Part shown: positions 1-9,984 of the stretch, piece by piece
Numbering within the stretch: the stretch's first letter is position 1
How the letters are laid out: each line of letters opens with the position of its first letter
Assembly (NCBI GenBank): GCA_024710585.1
Contig: JANJUM010000097.1
Coordinates: 2,097 to 66,096, forward strand
Length of the DNA stretch: 64,000 nucleotides
Source: Desulforhopalus sp.
GTDB lineage: Bacteria > Desulfobacterota > Desulfobulbia > Desulfobulbales > Desulfocapsaceae
Reading direction: 5' to 3'
The notes under the pieces: generated by a model
Seen by the model: only the letters and a program-made list of their open reading frames with translations
Database searches by the model: none
What the model was told of the DNA's origin: nothing
Position numbers and translations under genes: made by a program

Positions 1-710
1 TTGGTTTTCAGCTTGATCAGCGCCTGGCTGTGCAGCTGGCTGACGCGACCCTCGGAGAGGTCCATGGCCTCGGCGATCTCCTTCTGGGTCAGCTCTTCGT
101 AGTAGTACAGGGAGATGACGATGCGTTCCTTTTCGGTAAGCTGGCCGAGCACCTGGGCGATGGTGGCGGTGAGCTGCTGGTCCTCGATACGGGCGCCCGG
201 CGCAGCCTGCGGCCGATCGTCGGTAAGATTGTCGAGGAAGGAACGCCCCTCTTCGGAGTGGTCGAGGCTCTCGTTGAGGCTGACGCAGCCGAGATGGTTG
301 ACCTCGACGAGGACGGCGCGGTACTCGTCGAGGGACAAGTCCATGGCCCCCGCCACCTCGTGCTCTTCCGGCTCGCGGCCGAGACGCATTTCGAGGTCGG
401 CGATGGTCCGGCCGATGCGGTTGTGCTTGTCGCGCAGGGAGCGCGAGAACCAGTCGAGCTTGCGCATCTCGTCAAAGATGGCGCCGCGGATACGGTACTC
501 GGCGAATGTCTTGAAGAGTATGTTCTTGGCCGGGTCGTACTTGTTGGCGGCGTCGAGGAGGCCGAGCATGCCGGCGCTCCTGATGTCGTCGCGGCTCATG
601 AAGGACGGCACCTGGGTGACCATGCGCCGCGTGATGATATCCACCAGGTAGAGGTGGTCCTGGATGAGCTGCGAGCGATTGTCGAGATGCGGCGGGCGAC
701 CGTAGAGCAT
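1..710 (-). CDS. fliA: RNA polymerase sigma-28 factor FliA (3' end runs off the window)
   Basis: Not in the ORF track (no stop inside the window). Manual translation from ATG at 710 gives MLYGRPPHLDNRSQLIQDHLYLVDIITRRM...GLLDAANKYDPAKNILFKTFAEYRIRGAIFDEMRKLDW...YYYEELTQKEIAEAMDLSEGRVSQLHSQAL, i.e. sigma70-family regions 2 and 4 of FliA type. Lies directly after flhG. Confidence 0.95.
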   Translation of the reverse strand, partial: MLYGRPPHLDNRSQLIQDHLYLVDIITRRMVTQVPSFMSRDDIRSAGMLGLLDAANKYDPAKNILFKTFAEYRIRGAIFDEMRKLDWFSRSLRDKHNRIGRTIADLEMRLGREPEEHEVAGAMDLSLDEYRAVLVEVNHLGCVSLNESLDHSEEGRSFLDNLTDDRPQAAPGARIEDQQLTATIAQVLGQLTEKERIVISLYYYEELTQKEIAEAMDLSEGRVSQLHSQALIKLKT

Positions 711-716
711 GCTGTC

Positions 717-1616
717 CTAGCCTCCCATGTGCAACAGTTTCTTCCAGAAGAACTGGAGGTTGCCCTTGGGCACCGCCTGGGTCGGCTCTGAGCAGATGCG
801 GCCGGCGAGCTGGCGGAAGGCCTGGGTTATCTTCGACTGCGGGAAGAGCTCGCTGATCACCTTCTGCTTGCGGATCGACTCCACCATCTGCCGGTCGTCG
901 GGGATCGAGCCGAGATAGTCGATGGAGATGTCGAGGTAGCGGTTGGCGACCATGGTCAGCTTGCGGTAGACGTCGAGGGCGTCGTCCTCGTTGAGGATCT
1001 GGTTGACGACCAGGTTGAAATTCTTCTCGTGGTACTGGGTGGAGAGGAGCTTCATCAGGGCGTAGGCGTCGGTGATCGCCGTCGGCTCGGGGGTGGTGAT
1101 GACGACGATCTCCTGGGCGGCGGTGTTGAAGTAGGTGACGTTCTCGGAGATGCCGGCCTCGGTGTCGATGAGCACGAAGTCGAAGTGGTTCTGGATGGCG
1201 TCGAGGCCGTCGAGGAGGCGCAGCTTCTGGCGCGAGTCGAGGTTGGTGAAGTTCTGGATGCCCGAGCCGGCCGGGAGGATTTTGATGCCCAGCGGCCCGT
1301 CGACCATGATCTGCTGCAGTTCCTGTTCGCCGGAGAAGAAGTTGTTGAGATTGTAGAGAGGCGAAATGCCGAAAACCACGTCGATATTGGCGAGGCCGAG
1401 GTCGGCGTCGAGGATCAGCACCTTCTTGCCCATGGAGGCGAGCATATAGGCGAGGTTGGCGACGACGGCAGTCTTGCCGACGCCGCCCTTGCCGCTGGTG
1501 ATGGAGTAGACGCTGGTCGGCGCCTCCACCTTCTGCGGCAGGCCGTTGTGGCGATGGGAGTTGAGGTCGCGGAGCGTCTTGGCCTGATCGCCCGCCATGC
1601 GGGAGATATTAGTCAT
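717..1616 (-). CDS. flhG: MinD/ParA-family flagellar number regulator FlhG (FleN)
   Basis: Deviant Walker A SGKGGVGKT, DADLGLANID and ITDAYALMK motifs; sits between flhF and fliA. Confidence 0.93.
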   Translation of the reverse strand: MTNISRMAGDQAKTLRDLNSHRHNGLPQKVEAPTSVYSITSGKGGVGKTAVVANLAYMLASMGKKVLILDADLGLANIDVVFGISPLYNLNNFFSGEQELQQIMVDGPLGIKILPAGSGIQNFTNLDSRQKLRLLDGLDAIQNHFDFVLIDTEAGISENVTYFNTAAQEIVVITTPEPTAITDAYALMKLLSTQYHEKNFNLVVNQILNEDDALDVYRKLTMVANRYLDISIDYLGSIPDDRQMVESIRKQKVISELFPQSKITQAFRQLAGRICSEPTQAVPKGNLQFFWKKLLHMGG

Positions 1617-3030
1617 GCATCGATCCTTGCTGTGGATTCATGATCAGCTCGGCGGCGAGCTTGGCGGTGGCGGTCATGAGGTCTTCCGGGACTCTCTGGC
1701 CATTGGCGAAAAATGACAGCGGGCTGGGGTTTTGTATCTGAACGTTGAGAACTGCCCCGAGGGTGGCGCATTCGTCGATCTTGGTATAGATGGTATGAGT
1801 GATGCCCAAGGGGCGGAAGCGCTCGATGGCGTCGAGCAGCTCCTGCTCGCGGGTGGTGGCGGAGAGCACCAGATGCTTGTCGATGTTCTGCTGCGCCGGG
1901 AAGAAGAGGCACAGCTCCTCGATGGACATGCTGTCGCGCGGGCTGCGCCCGGCGGTGTCGATGAGGATCAGCTCCTTGTCGCGGTGGCGCTCCAGGGCCT
2001 GCTGCAGCTGCTCCGGGGTGATGACCACCTCCACCGGCAGGTCCATGATTTCGCCGTAGACTTTGAGCTGCTCCACCGCGGCGATGCGATAGGTGTCGAT
2101 GGTGATCATCGCCACTGAGCGCGAGTGCCTGCCGAGGTAGGAGGCGGCGATCTTGGCCAGGGTGGTGGTCTTGCCGACCCCTGTGGGGCCGACCAGGGCG
2201 ATGCGCCGTGGCCCGGCCTGGCTGGCGGAGAAGGGCGGGTCGACCTGGAAGAGGTCACGGATGGTGTCCTTGATGGCGGCGACGATGACTTCCTCGCTGC
2301 CCAGCTCGCGTTCGGTAAGGCTCTCGCGGAGAAAGCCGGCGATGGTTCGCGCCGTCTCGACGTTGACGCCCCGCTCGACGAGGAGCGACAGGGGTCGGTC
2401 GCCATGGATGGCGGCGTTGTGATAGCGGGCGCCGTTTTCCCCGCTGCGCACCGACAGCTGGCGCGTCGCAGGGGCCGGGCGGGCGGCCTCCTGCTCGCCT
2501 ATCAGGGCGATGCGCCCGGCGAGGCTCTTGACCAGGTCCTTGAGCTCGTTGACTTCGTTCTGCAGGTCCGGCTCCGGCTTGACGGGGGAGCTGTCAGCGC
2601 TCTTCTGCTGTTGCGACGGGGTATCCAGAGGGGCGGAGCGGCCAGCCTGGCCGCTTTCCGCCGACATGCGTCCCGCCGGGCTGTAGCCGTTGAAGAAGAG
2701 GCCCTTGCCACCAGGCTCGTCGAGGGAATCGTCGACCACCGAGCGCAGCGAAGATGTCGACGCTGCCCCGCCTTGCTCCTGCCTCCGGCCATTATTGCCA
2801 TGACGTTCGCCGAAAGGTGCGGCGGAGGCCGGCTGGCGCTGCTCGGCCTTTTTATCGGCATAAGGCGTGTCGATGGCGGCGGTGATTTCCAGCATCGGCT
2901 TGCCGAGGAGGCCGAGCTTGCCGGCACGCACCGTCCTGGTGGAGAGAATGAGGGCGTCGGGGCCGAGCTCCTTCTTGACCATCTTCAGCCCTGAGGCCAT
3001 GTCCGTTGCTTCGAAGACTCTAACTTGCAT
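1609..3030 (-). CDS. flhF: Flagellar SRP-type GTPase FlhF
   Basis: GPTGVGKTTT, DTYRIAAVEQL, DTAGR and TKID motifs; N-terminal VFEATDMASGLKMVKKELG; canonical flhA-flhF-flhG-fliA order. Confidence 0.95.
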   Translation of the reverse strand: MQVRVFEATDMASGLKMVKKELGPDALILSTRTVRAGKLGLLGKPMLEITAAIDTPYADKKAEQRQPASAAPFGERHGNNGRRQEQGGAASTSSLRSVVDDSLDEPGGKGLFFNGYSPAGRMSAESGQAGRSAPLDTPSQQQKSADSSPVKPEPDLQNEVNELKDLVKSLAGRIALIGEQEAARPAPATRQLSVRSGENGARYHNAAIHGDRPLSLLVERGVNVETARTIAGFLRESLTERELGSEEVIVAAIKDTIRDLFQVDPPFSASQAGPRRIALVGPTGVGKTTTLAKIAASYLGRHSRSVAMITIDTYRIAAVEQLKVYGEIMDLPVEVVITPEQLQQALERHRDKELILIDTAGRSPRDSMSIEELCLFFPAQQNIDKHLVLSATTREQELLDAIERFRPLGITHTIYTKIDECATLGAVLNVQIQNPSPLSFFANGQRVPEDLMTATAKLAAELIMNPQQGSMHD

Positions 3031-5119
3031 CGAGGGTCACCGTGCCGAGGGAGCGGATTTTCAGGTTGGGCACCACTTCGTTATGGGAAATGATCGCCAG
3101 GGCCGGGTAATAGCGTTCAGTGAGGCTGCGCACGTAGGGGCGGATCTGCGGTGCGCTGAGCAGCACCGGGCGGCTGCCACCCTCGAAAAGGGGGATGCAC
3201 CTGCCGATGGAATCGAGGATGCGCTGGGCGATGATCGGGTCGATGGCGAGGTAGCTGCCGGTCTCCTTATGCTGAATGGAGCCGCGGATGGCCTCCTCTG
3301 CCGGCCGCGCCAGGGTGATGACCGGGATGACGCCGTTGACGGCCAGATCGGAGCTGATGGTGCGCGCCAGGGCGTGGCGCACGTACTCGGTGAGCACGTC
3401 AGTATCGTGGGTGGCGGCGGCCCAGTCGGCCATGGTCTCGAGGATGGTGCGCAGGTCGCGGATGGAGACGCCCTCCTTGAGCAGGTTCTGCAGCACGCGC
3501 ATGATGGTGCCCAGGGAGAGCACGTTGGGCACCAGTTCCTCGACCAGCTTGGGATAGTGCTTGGCGAGGTTGTCGAGCAGGGCCTGGACTTCCTGGCGGC
3601 CGATGAGCTCGTGGCTGTGCTGCTTGATGATCTCGCTGATATGGGTGGCCATGACGGTGGTGCAGTCGACCACGGTGTAGCCGGCCATCTGCGCGCGGTC
3701 CTTCTTGTCGGAGGTGATCCAGATGGCGGGCAGGCCGAAAGCCGGCTCGACGGTAGCGATACCGCGGATGGTCTCGGTGACCAGGCCGGGGTCCATGGCC
3801 ATGTAATGGCCGGGCATCATCTCCGCCGAGGCCACCCTGACCCCTTTGAGGGAGAAGGTGTACTGGTTGGGGTTGAGCTGCAGGTTGTCGCGGATGTGCA
3901 CCGGCGGAACGATGAAGCCATTGTTCATGGCGAACTGTTTTCTGATCGACTGGATGCGGTTGAGCAGTTCGCCGTCCTGGGCGGCGTCGACGAAGGGGAT
4001 CAGCCCGTAGCCGACCTCGAGTTGCAGCATGTCGACATGGAGCATCTCCTCGTAGTTCTCCTCGCGTTTGGCGGGGGCCTGGGCCGGCTTCTCCTCCACC
4101 TCCTCCACTTCCTCGGCCTTGCGTTTCTTGTCGAGATGGAAGGCGAGAAAGGCCATCGACATGGCAAGCAGCATGAACGGCACGAAGGGCAGGCCGGGGA
4201 TGATGGCGAAGGCGACGAGAATCGCCGCCACCACCCAGATGGCCACCGTGCTCGAGGTGAACTGCTTCTGCAGGTCGCTGCCGAAATCTTTTTAGCCGGT
4301 GCTGCGGGTGACGAGGAGGCCGGCGGCGGTGGAGATGATCAGGGCGGGAATCTGTCCGACCAGGCCGTCGCCGACGGTGAGGATGGTATAGTTGGCGGCG
4401 GCGTCGGCCATGGCCATGTCTTTCTGCACCACGCCGATGATGAAGCCCGCACCGACGTTGATCAGGGTGATGATGATGCCGGCGATGGCATCGCCCTTGA
4501 CGAACTTCGAGGCACCGTCCATGGCGCCGTGGAAGTTGGCCTCCTTGGCGATGTTCTCCCGGCGGCTGCGCGCCTCGGCCTCGTTGATGAGGCCGGCGTT
4601 GAGGTCGGCGTCGATGGCCATCTGCTTGCCGGGCATGGCGTCGAGGGTGAAGCGCGCCGCGACCTCGGCGACCCTGCCGGCACCCTTGGTGATGACCATG
4701 AAATTGATGATCACCAGAATGACGAAGATCACCACCCCGACCACATAGTTGCCGCCGACGACGAACTGCCCGAAGGCCTGGATGACGTGGCCGGCCGCCG
4801 CCGGACCTTCGTCGCCGCGGAGGAGGATGAGGCGCGTCGAGGCGACGTTCAGCGACAGCCGGAACATGGTGGTGACCAGCAGCAGCGAGGGGAAGATGGA
4901 GAAGTCGGTGGCCTTGGCGGTATAGAGGCTGAGGATGAGGATGAGCAGGGCGACGGTGATGCTCAGGGTAAGGAAGAGATCAAGCACCAGCGGCGGCATG
5001 GGAATGATCATCATCATCAGGATGGCGACCAGGCCAAAGGCGGCCATTACATCGCTGCGGCCAAGCAGCTGCTTGTAATCGTAGGTAGCCAGGGCGTTCT
5101 GGATGGTGGTCAGTTCCAT
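3020..5119 (-). pseudogene. flhA: Flagellar export gate protein FlhA interrupted by one in-frame TAA at 4292-4294
   Basis: ORFs 4292-5119 (TM part with the FHIPEP signature [23 protein letters not shown]) and 3020-4246 (last TM helices plus cytoplasmic domain) are in the same frame. The junction reads ACC GGC TAA AAA GAT TTC GGC = T-G-*-K-D-F-G. Read through, the frame is 699 codons plus stop, a normal FlhA length. Confidence 0.9.
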
Positions 5120-6189
5120 CAGCGGGTCTTGCCTTTCAGTGAATAGACATGGGCGAGAATCTCGGCGACGGCCTTGAAGAGATGCTCGGGGATCGATGCT
5201 CCCAGATCGAGTTTATGCAATATCCGAGCCACGGGCGGGTTCTCGATGACAGGTACGCCATGCTCCTCGGCTATGGCGCGGATCTTCTGGGCGAGGTAGT
5301 CGGCGCCCTTGGCGACGACCTGGGGGGCGTCCATTTCCTCGGAATGGTAGCGCAGGGCGACGGCGAAGTGGGTCGGGTTGGTGACTACCACATCGGCGCC
5401 GGGGACTTCGGCCATCATGCGCTTGCGCGCCATCTCCTGCTGGATGGAACGGATCTGTGCCTTGATGTGGGGGTCGCCTTCGCTTTCCTTGAACTCCTCC
5501 TTGAGCTCCTGCTTGGTCATCTTCATTTTCTCCTCCATCTCCCAGCGCACATAGAGGAAGTCGAGGAAGGCGAGGAGGATGAGGACGGCGCAGATCTTGG
5601 CCATGATCAATGCCGCCACCCGGCCGAGGAAGCGCAGGGTGGTGGTGATATCGGTGTCGACGAGGATGAGCGCCTCGCGAAAGTTGTCGAGCACGGTGGA
5701 GTAGGACACCCAGCCGATGAGCAGCACCTTGAGCAGCGATTTGAGCAGCTCGACGATGGCGCGCTTGGAGAAGAGCCGACCGATGCCGGCGAAGGGGTCG
5801 AGCTTGGCGAAATCGGGGATCAGCGGCTTGGCGGTGAGCAACCAGCCGAACTGGAAGAAGCCGGAGAAAAAGGATACCACCATGACCAGCAGGAAGAGAG
5901 GGGCAAGCATCAGGCCGATCTCCTTGAGGAGAAAGGCGGCCAGCGACAGGGTGGAGGCGGCGGTGACACGAAATTCGCCACTGGCCTGCCACAGCGCAAA
6001 GAGCATCTCGGTCAGACCCTTCCAGAAGGTCGGCAGGTACATCAGCCAGAAGAGCAGGCCAAGGGTGAGCAGGGCGGCGGTCTGCACCTCGCGGCTCTGC
6101 GCTACCTGGCCCTTGTTGCGAAAGTCCTCGCGTCGCTTGGTTGTCGGGTCTTCGGTACGTTCGCCGCCGGCGGGGCTTTCTTCGGCCAT
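5119..6189 (-). CDS. flhB: Flagellar export protein FlhB
   Basis: ERTEDPT N-terminus, four TM segments, autocleavage motif TNPTH. Confidence 0.96.
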   Translation of the reverse strand: MAEESPAGGERTEDPTTKRREDFRNKGQVAQSREVQTAALLTLGLLFWLMYLPTFWKGLTEMLFALWQASGEFRVTAASTLSLAAFLLKEIGLMLAPLFLLVMVVSFFSGFFQFGWLLTAKPLIPDFAKLDPFAGIGRLFSKRAIVELLKSLLKVLLIGWVSYSTVLDNFREALILVDTDITTTLRFLGRVAALIMAKICAVLILLAFLDFLYVRWEMEEKMKMTKQELKEEFKESEGDPHIKAQIRSIQQEMARKRMMAEVPGADVVVTNPTHFAVALRYHSEEMDAPQVVAKGADYLAQKIRAIAEEHGVPVIENPPVARILHKLDLGASIPEHLFKAVAEILAHVYSLKGKTR

Positions 6190-6273
6190 GATGTCAGGGG
6201 CGCAAGGGGGGGTGAACGGGTAAGGGGCAAAGCGGCGTGGCCCGCAGAGCCCGGTAGCGGTTACCCGGTATTT

Positions 6274-6289
6274 TGCAAGATACGCGCCC
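6274..6289 (-). promoter_or_regulatory. Candidate sigma54 -24/-12 promoter for flhB-flhA-flhF-flhG-fliA
   Basis: Minus strand GGGCGCGTATCTTGCA compared with consensus TGGCACG-N4-TTGCW; exact GG-N10-GC spacing; in the fliR-flhB gap. Confidence 0.55.
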
Positions 6290-6326
6290 GGCGGGGGGAG
6301 GGTGAATGGATTTGGCTGGTGCCGTT

Positions 6327-7109
6327 CTAAAAGGCGAGATAGCTGAGGATGGTCGCCAGTCGTTCCGGGAGAGTGTCAAATTCTCGTCGAACCAGGGTCG
6401 CGATGAGATCGAGTGTCAAAGCGATGACAATGAAGCCGATGCCGATGTTGAGCGGGAAGGAAAGCAGGAAGACGTTGAGCTGGGGGAAGACCCGGGCGAG
6501 GATGCCGAGGATCAGTCCGGAGAAGAGCAGCACGGCCAGCACCGGGGCGCTGAACTGCACGCCGATGATGAACATGTGCGAGGCGAGCCGCATGAGGTAG
6601 GGAATCGCCTCGCCGCCGACGGCGAACTGGCCGGGGGGCAGCAGCTGGTAGGAGGTGACCACGGCGCGCAGAAAGATGTGGTGGCCGTCGATGGCGAGAA
6701 AGACGAGGATGGCGAAGACGTTCTGGAACTGCGAGATGAGCTCCACCTGGCGTTCGCTCTGCGGGTCGTAGACGTTGGCCGAGGCGAAGCCCATCTGGAA
6801 GCCGACCACCGAGGCGCCGAATTCGACGGCGGTGAAGATGAGGCGGGTGGCCAGCGCCAGCAGCAGGCCGACCAGGGTCTCGGAGAGCACGAGGAGGAGC
6901 AGCGCCAGGGGGGTGAAGTCGGCCTGGGGGACGGCATCCTGCATGAGCGGATAGAGCAGCAGCGAGGCGACCAGTACGAGCATGGTCTTGACCCGGCCAG
7001 GGGTCTGCGCCGAGGCAAGCACCGGGATGGCGCCGATGAAGCCGGCGACCCGTGCCAGCACCACCAGGAAGATCTGCAACTGCGCCACCGGCAGCAGGGG
7101 GAAGTCCAT
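6327..7109 (-). CDS. fliR: Flagellar export protein FliR
   Basis: Hydrophobic; FQMGFASANVYDP, LAIDGHH and PQLNVF motifs. Start re-set to ATG 7109 (MDFPLLP). Confidence 0.93.
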   Translation of the reverse strand: MDFPLLPVAQLQIFLVVLARVAGFIGAIPVLASAQTPGRVKTMLVLVASLLLYPLMQDAVPQADFTPLALLLLVLSETLVGLLLALATRLIFTAVEFGASVVGFQMGFASANVYDPQSERQVELISQFQNVFAILVFLAIDGHHIFLRAVVTSYQLLPPGQFAVGGEAIPYLMRLASHMFIIGVQFSAPVLAVLLFSGLILGILARVFPQLNVFLLSFPLNIGIGFIVIALTLDLIATLVRREFDTLPERLATILSYLAF

Positions 7110-7114
7110 GATCG

Positions 7115-7378
7115 CTACAGGGTGGCCATCGTCTCGAAGAGGCCGATGGTAAAGACCGTCATCACCTTGATCAGCCACGGCCCGAAGAGCAGCATGGCGA
7201 GGAAGACGGCGACGATTTTGGGGACGAAGCTCAGCGTCTGCTCGTTGATCTGCGTCGCCGCCTGGAAGATGGAGACGAGCAGGCCGACGACCATGCCGAT
7301 GACGAGCATCGGCGCCGACACCATGAGAATGGTCTGGATCGCCTTGCGGCAGATATCGACGGCCTGTTCCGGACTCAT
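7115..7378 (-). CDS. fliQ: Flagellar export protein FliQ
   Basis: C-terminal 87 aa of track ORF 7115-8353: MSPEQAVDICRKAIQ...FQAATQINEQTLSFVPKI; GAGGAGG RBS upstream of ATG 7378. Confidence 0.95.
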   Translation of the reverse strand: MSPEQAVDICRKAIQTILMVSAPMLVIGMVVGLLVSIFQAATQINEQTLSFVPKIVAVFLAMLLFGPWLIKVMTVFTIGLFETMATL

Positions 7379-7419
7379 CGCGACCTCCTCAGGACGCGGC
7401 GCAGCTCCCTGCGACGGGG

Positions 7420-8181
7420 TCAGTTGAAACTCTTGATGAGGGAGCCGACAACGAGGCTCCAGCCATCGACGAGCACGAAGAGCAGCAGCTTGAAGGGCAT
7501 GGAGATGATCACCGGCGGCAGCATCATCATGCCCATGGACATCAGCACCGAGGCGACGATCATGTCGATGACGAGAAAGGGGATATAGATCATGAAGCCC
7601 ATCATGAAGGCGCGCTTCAACTCGGAGAGCATGAAGGCCGGGACCAGGGTGGTGGTGGGGATGTCTTCGGCCTCCACCGGCTCGTCCTTCATGGTGATCT
7701 CGGCCAGCAGGGTGAGTTCCTCCTCGCGCACCTGGCTGAGCATGAACTCGCGCAACGGGGCGATGCCGCGCTGCAGGGCGACGTCCTGGCTGATCTGCTC
7801 GGCGAGATAGGGCTGCAGGGCCTGTTCGTTGATCTTGCTCAGGGTCGGTGACATGATGAAGAAGGTGAGGAAGAGGGCAAGGCCGAGAAGGATCTGCGTC
7901 GGCGGCATGTTCTGCGTGCCCATGGCCTGGCGGATGAAGCCGAGGACGATGATGATGCGCGTGAAACAGGTGGTCATGAGGAGGATCGACGGTGCCAGGG
8001 AAAGCACGGTGATCAGCATCAGCACCTGGATGGCGGTGGAGATCTGCCGTGGCGACTGCGCCTCCTCGACGCCGAAGGTCACCGTGGGGACGGTAACGGC
8101 CAGGGCGGTAGAGGCGAGCAGCAGGACCAGGGGCAGCGCCACGGCGAGAGGGGCGATAGGGCGGAGCATGGCGGCGTTCAT
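7420..8181 (-). CDS. fliP: Flagellar export protein FliP
   Basis: LLMTTCFTRIIIVL, PAFMLSELKRAF and MGMMMLPP...LPFKLLLFVLVDGW-type motifs. Start set at ATG 8181, which overlaps the fliO stop (ATGA). Confidence 0.95.
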   Translation of the reverse strand: MNAAMLRPIAPLAVALPLVLLLASTALAVTVPTVTFGVEEAQSPRQISTAIQVLMLITVLSLAPSILLMTTCFTRIIIVLGFIRQAMGTQNMPPTQILLGLALFLTFFIMSPTLSKINEQALQPYLAEQISQDVALQRGIAPLREFMLSQVREEELTLLAEITMKDEPVEAEDIPTTTLVPAFMLSELKRAFMMGFMIYIPFLVIDMIVASVLMSMGMMMLPPVIISMPFKLLLFVLVDGWSLVVGSLIKSFN

Positions 8182-8591
8182 GGGCTCTGGTCCTTGCCGA
8201 CCGAGGCCAGGGCGGCGGCGAAGGTGGCGCTCTCCTGCGGGGGCAGGGTGGCGAGATGGCTGATGCTGTCGCCACTGAGGCCGAGGAGGTGCTCCTGCCC
8301 CCTGACGCGCACCAGGCAAAGCGACTTCCTGCCGCCGAGCGGCTTGATCTCAACGATGGCGATCTGCTTTTCGGGGCTGGCGGCGAGCAGCGAAAAGCGC
8401 TTGCGCAGCAGGGCGTAGAGGATGAGAATGATGGCGGCGACGATGCCCAGCCCCCAGAAGACGCGGAAGTAGCTCTCCATCTCGATCAGCGCCGAGGTCG
8501 CGGCCAGGGCTGGGGAAGCGCTGGCCAGGGCTGCCGGAAAGGTCGCCGCAGAAGAGAAGCGGCGGAGGCGGCTGGTGTTGGTCGATGCCAT
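8178..8591 (-). CDS. fliO: Flagellar protein FliO/FliZ
   Basis: One TM helix followed by IVEIKPLGGRKSLCLVRVRGQEHLLG; lies between fliN and fliP. Confidence 0.85.
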   Translation of the reverse strand: MASTNTSRLRRFSSAATFPAALASASPALAATSALIEMESYFRVFWGLGIVAAIILILYALLRKRFSLLAASPEKQIAIVEIKPLGGRKSLCLVRVRGQEHLLGLSGDSISHLATLPPQESATFAAALASVGKDQSP

Positions 8592-8603
8592 GGCGCAGGG
8601 TAC

Positions 8604-8969
8604 TCAGCCGAGGTTCTCGATGCGGTCGGAGGTGCTGATGACGTCGGTGAGACGGATGCCGAACTTGTCACCGACGAGCACCGCTTCACCCCTGGCAATG
8701 AGGCGGGAGTTGACGTAGAGATCGAGGGGCTCGCCGGCGAGCTTGTCGAGCTCGATGACATAGCCCTCGCCCATTTTCAGCAGGTCGCGGAGGAGGATCT
8801 TGCTGCGCCCGACTTCCACCGAAATCTGCAGGGGGATATCGTAGAGGAAGTCGAGGCCGCGGCCGTCGGCGTCAGCGATCCCGGCGGATCTCGGGCTGCC
8901 GGGGGAGTCGTTCTGCAGCAGTTCCTTGATTTCTTCCGGGGCCGGTCGACTGTTTCCTGGATTGGCCAT
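8604..8969 (-). CDS. fliN: Flagellar switch protein FliN
   Basis: LDFLYDIPLQISVEVG...ELDKLAGEPLDLYVNSRLIARGEAV SpoA domain. Confidence 0.96.
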   Translation of the reverse strand: MANPGNSRPAPEEIKELLQNDSPGSPRSAGIADADGRGLDFLYDIPLQISVEVGRSKILLRDLLKMGEGYVIELDKLAGEPLDLYVNSRLIARGEAVLVGDKFGIRLTDVISTSDRIENLG

Positions 8970-8984
8970 GGTGGTGGTCCTTGT

Positions 8985-9965
8985 TCATTGGTGGACGGAG
9001 ACGAGGCTGATCGCCTTTTTGCCGTTATTATGGCCGGGGATGGCCGAGAATTTCCAGCGGTCCTCGACCAGCACCTTGAGCGGCGCATTGGGGTTGTATT
9101 CGAGGGGGAGAATGTCTCCCTCCTTGAGGGCGAGAATCTGCTTGATGGTCAGATCGATGGTGCCGGAAAGAGCGGTGACTGAGGCTGCCACCTCCCTGAC
9201 CTCCTCTTCGAGGACGCTCTGCCAGGAGGACTTGAGCAGCGTGGGGATGTTGAGCAGCTCGCGCAATGCGTCACGCAGTGGTTCGAGGGTGGCGAAGGGG
9301 AAGAGCAGGTGCAGTTCCCCGCTATGGTCGCCGACCTTGACGTTGAAGGTGCCGACGATGACCTCCGATTCCGGCTCGACGATGGACACCAGGCGGGCGT
9401 TGTTCTCGAGCTTGACCAGCGAGGCGCGCATCTCCAGCAGCTGCGCGAAGGCCTTATTGAGGTCGCCGCAGACGTCGTTGAGGATGGCCTTGAGGATATT
9501 GAGCTCCAGGGGAGTGAGCTTGCGGTCGAGGTGCAGGGGCTGCAACTCCGAAGAGGCGCCAAGCATGATCTCCAGCACCGAGAAGGAGAGCACCGGGTCG
9601 AGGATGATCATCGCCCCGTATTTGAGGGGGTTGAGGTCGAGTATGCCGATGGCCCCGGGATTGCTCTTGTCGGCCATGAACTTCTGGAACTCGTAGCTCT
9701 CGAGGGCGGTGCGGGTGATGGTGAAGGAGCGCTGCAGCTGGTTGCTGATCGAGGTGGCGTAGGTGCGGCAGAAGCTGTCGAGGATAATGTCGAAGTTGGG
9801 GATGCGGAACTGGGTGGTGTCCGGCCTGGTCAGCTGAAAGAGGTTGGCCGGGGTGCACTGAAGGTTTGGTTCGCTGCGCCGCTCGTCGACGTCGAGGGGC
9901 ACGCGCCCCTCGCGGATGGCCTGGAGCAGGTCGGCGATCTCCGCCTTGCTGAGGATCGGTTCCAT
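8985..9965 (-). CDS. fliM: Flagellar switch protein FliM
   Basis: N-terminal CheY-binding LSKAEIADLL motif, CheC-like middle domain, SpoA C-terminus. Confidence 0.93.
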   Translation of the reverse strand: MEPILSKAEIADLLQAIREGRVPLDVDERRSEPNLQCTPANLFQLTRPDTTQFRIPNFDIILDSFCRTYATSISNQLQRSFTITRTALESYEFQKFMADKSNPGAIGILDLNPLKYGAMIILDPVLSFSVLEIMLGASSELQPLHLDRKLTPLELNILKAILNDVCGDLNKAFAQLLEMRASLVKLENNARLVSIVEPESEVIVGTFNVKVGDHSGELHLLFPFATLEPLRDALRELLNIPTLLKSSWQSVLEEEVREVAASVTALSGTIDLTIKQILALKEGDILPLEYNPNAPLKVLVEDRWKFSAIPGHNNGKKAISLVSVHQ

Positions 9966-9984
9966 GGGCTCCTGTTCCCCTTGA

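Noticed and set aside
4292-4294. Programmed recoding (Sec/Pyl) of the flhA stop
   Set aside because: The codon is TAA, not TGA or TAG, and no SECIS-like hairpin is evident. All other genes use TAA as a normal stop.
2867-5146. Long antisense ORFs in the track (e.g. 2867-5146 +, 19811-21931 +, 23601-26099 +, 39097-40683 +, 51908-53296 +)
   Set aside because: They are shadow frames opposite well-identified genes. High-GC codon bias leaves few stops on the reverse strand, and the translations contain no recognisable motifs.
6200-6270. GGGGCAAAGC...GGTAGCGGTTACC, superficially like a c-di-GMP-I (GEMM) riboswitch
   Set aside because: It is on the strand opposite the operon and lacks the GNRA/receptor P1-P2 layout. 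It is better explained as the 5' region downstream of the flhB sigma54 motif.
7115-8353. 412-aa ORF overlapping fliP and fliO
   Set aside because: Only the last 87 aa (from ATG 7378) are FliQ; the rest is an alternative frame of fliP.
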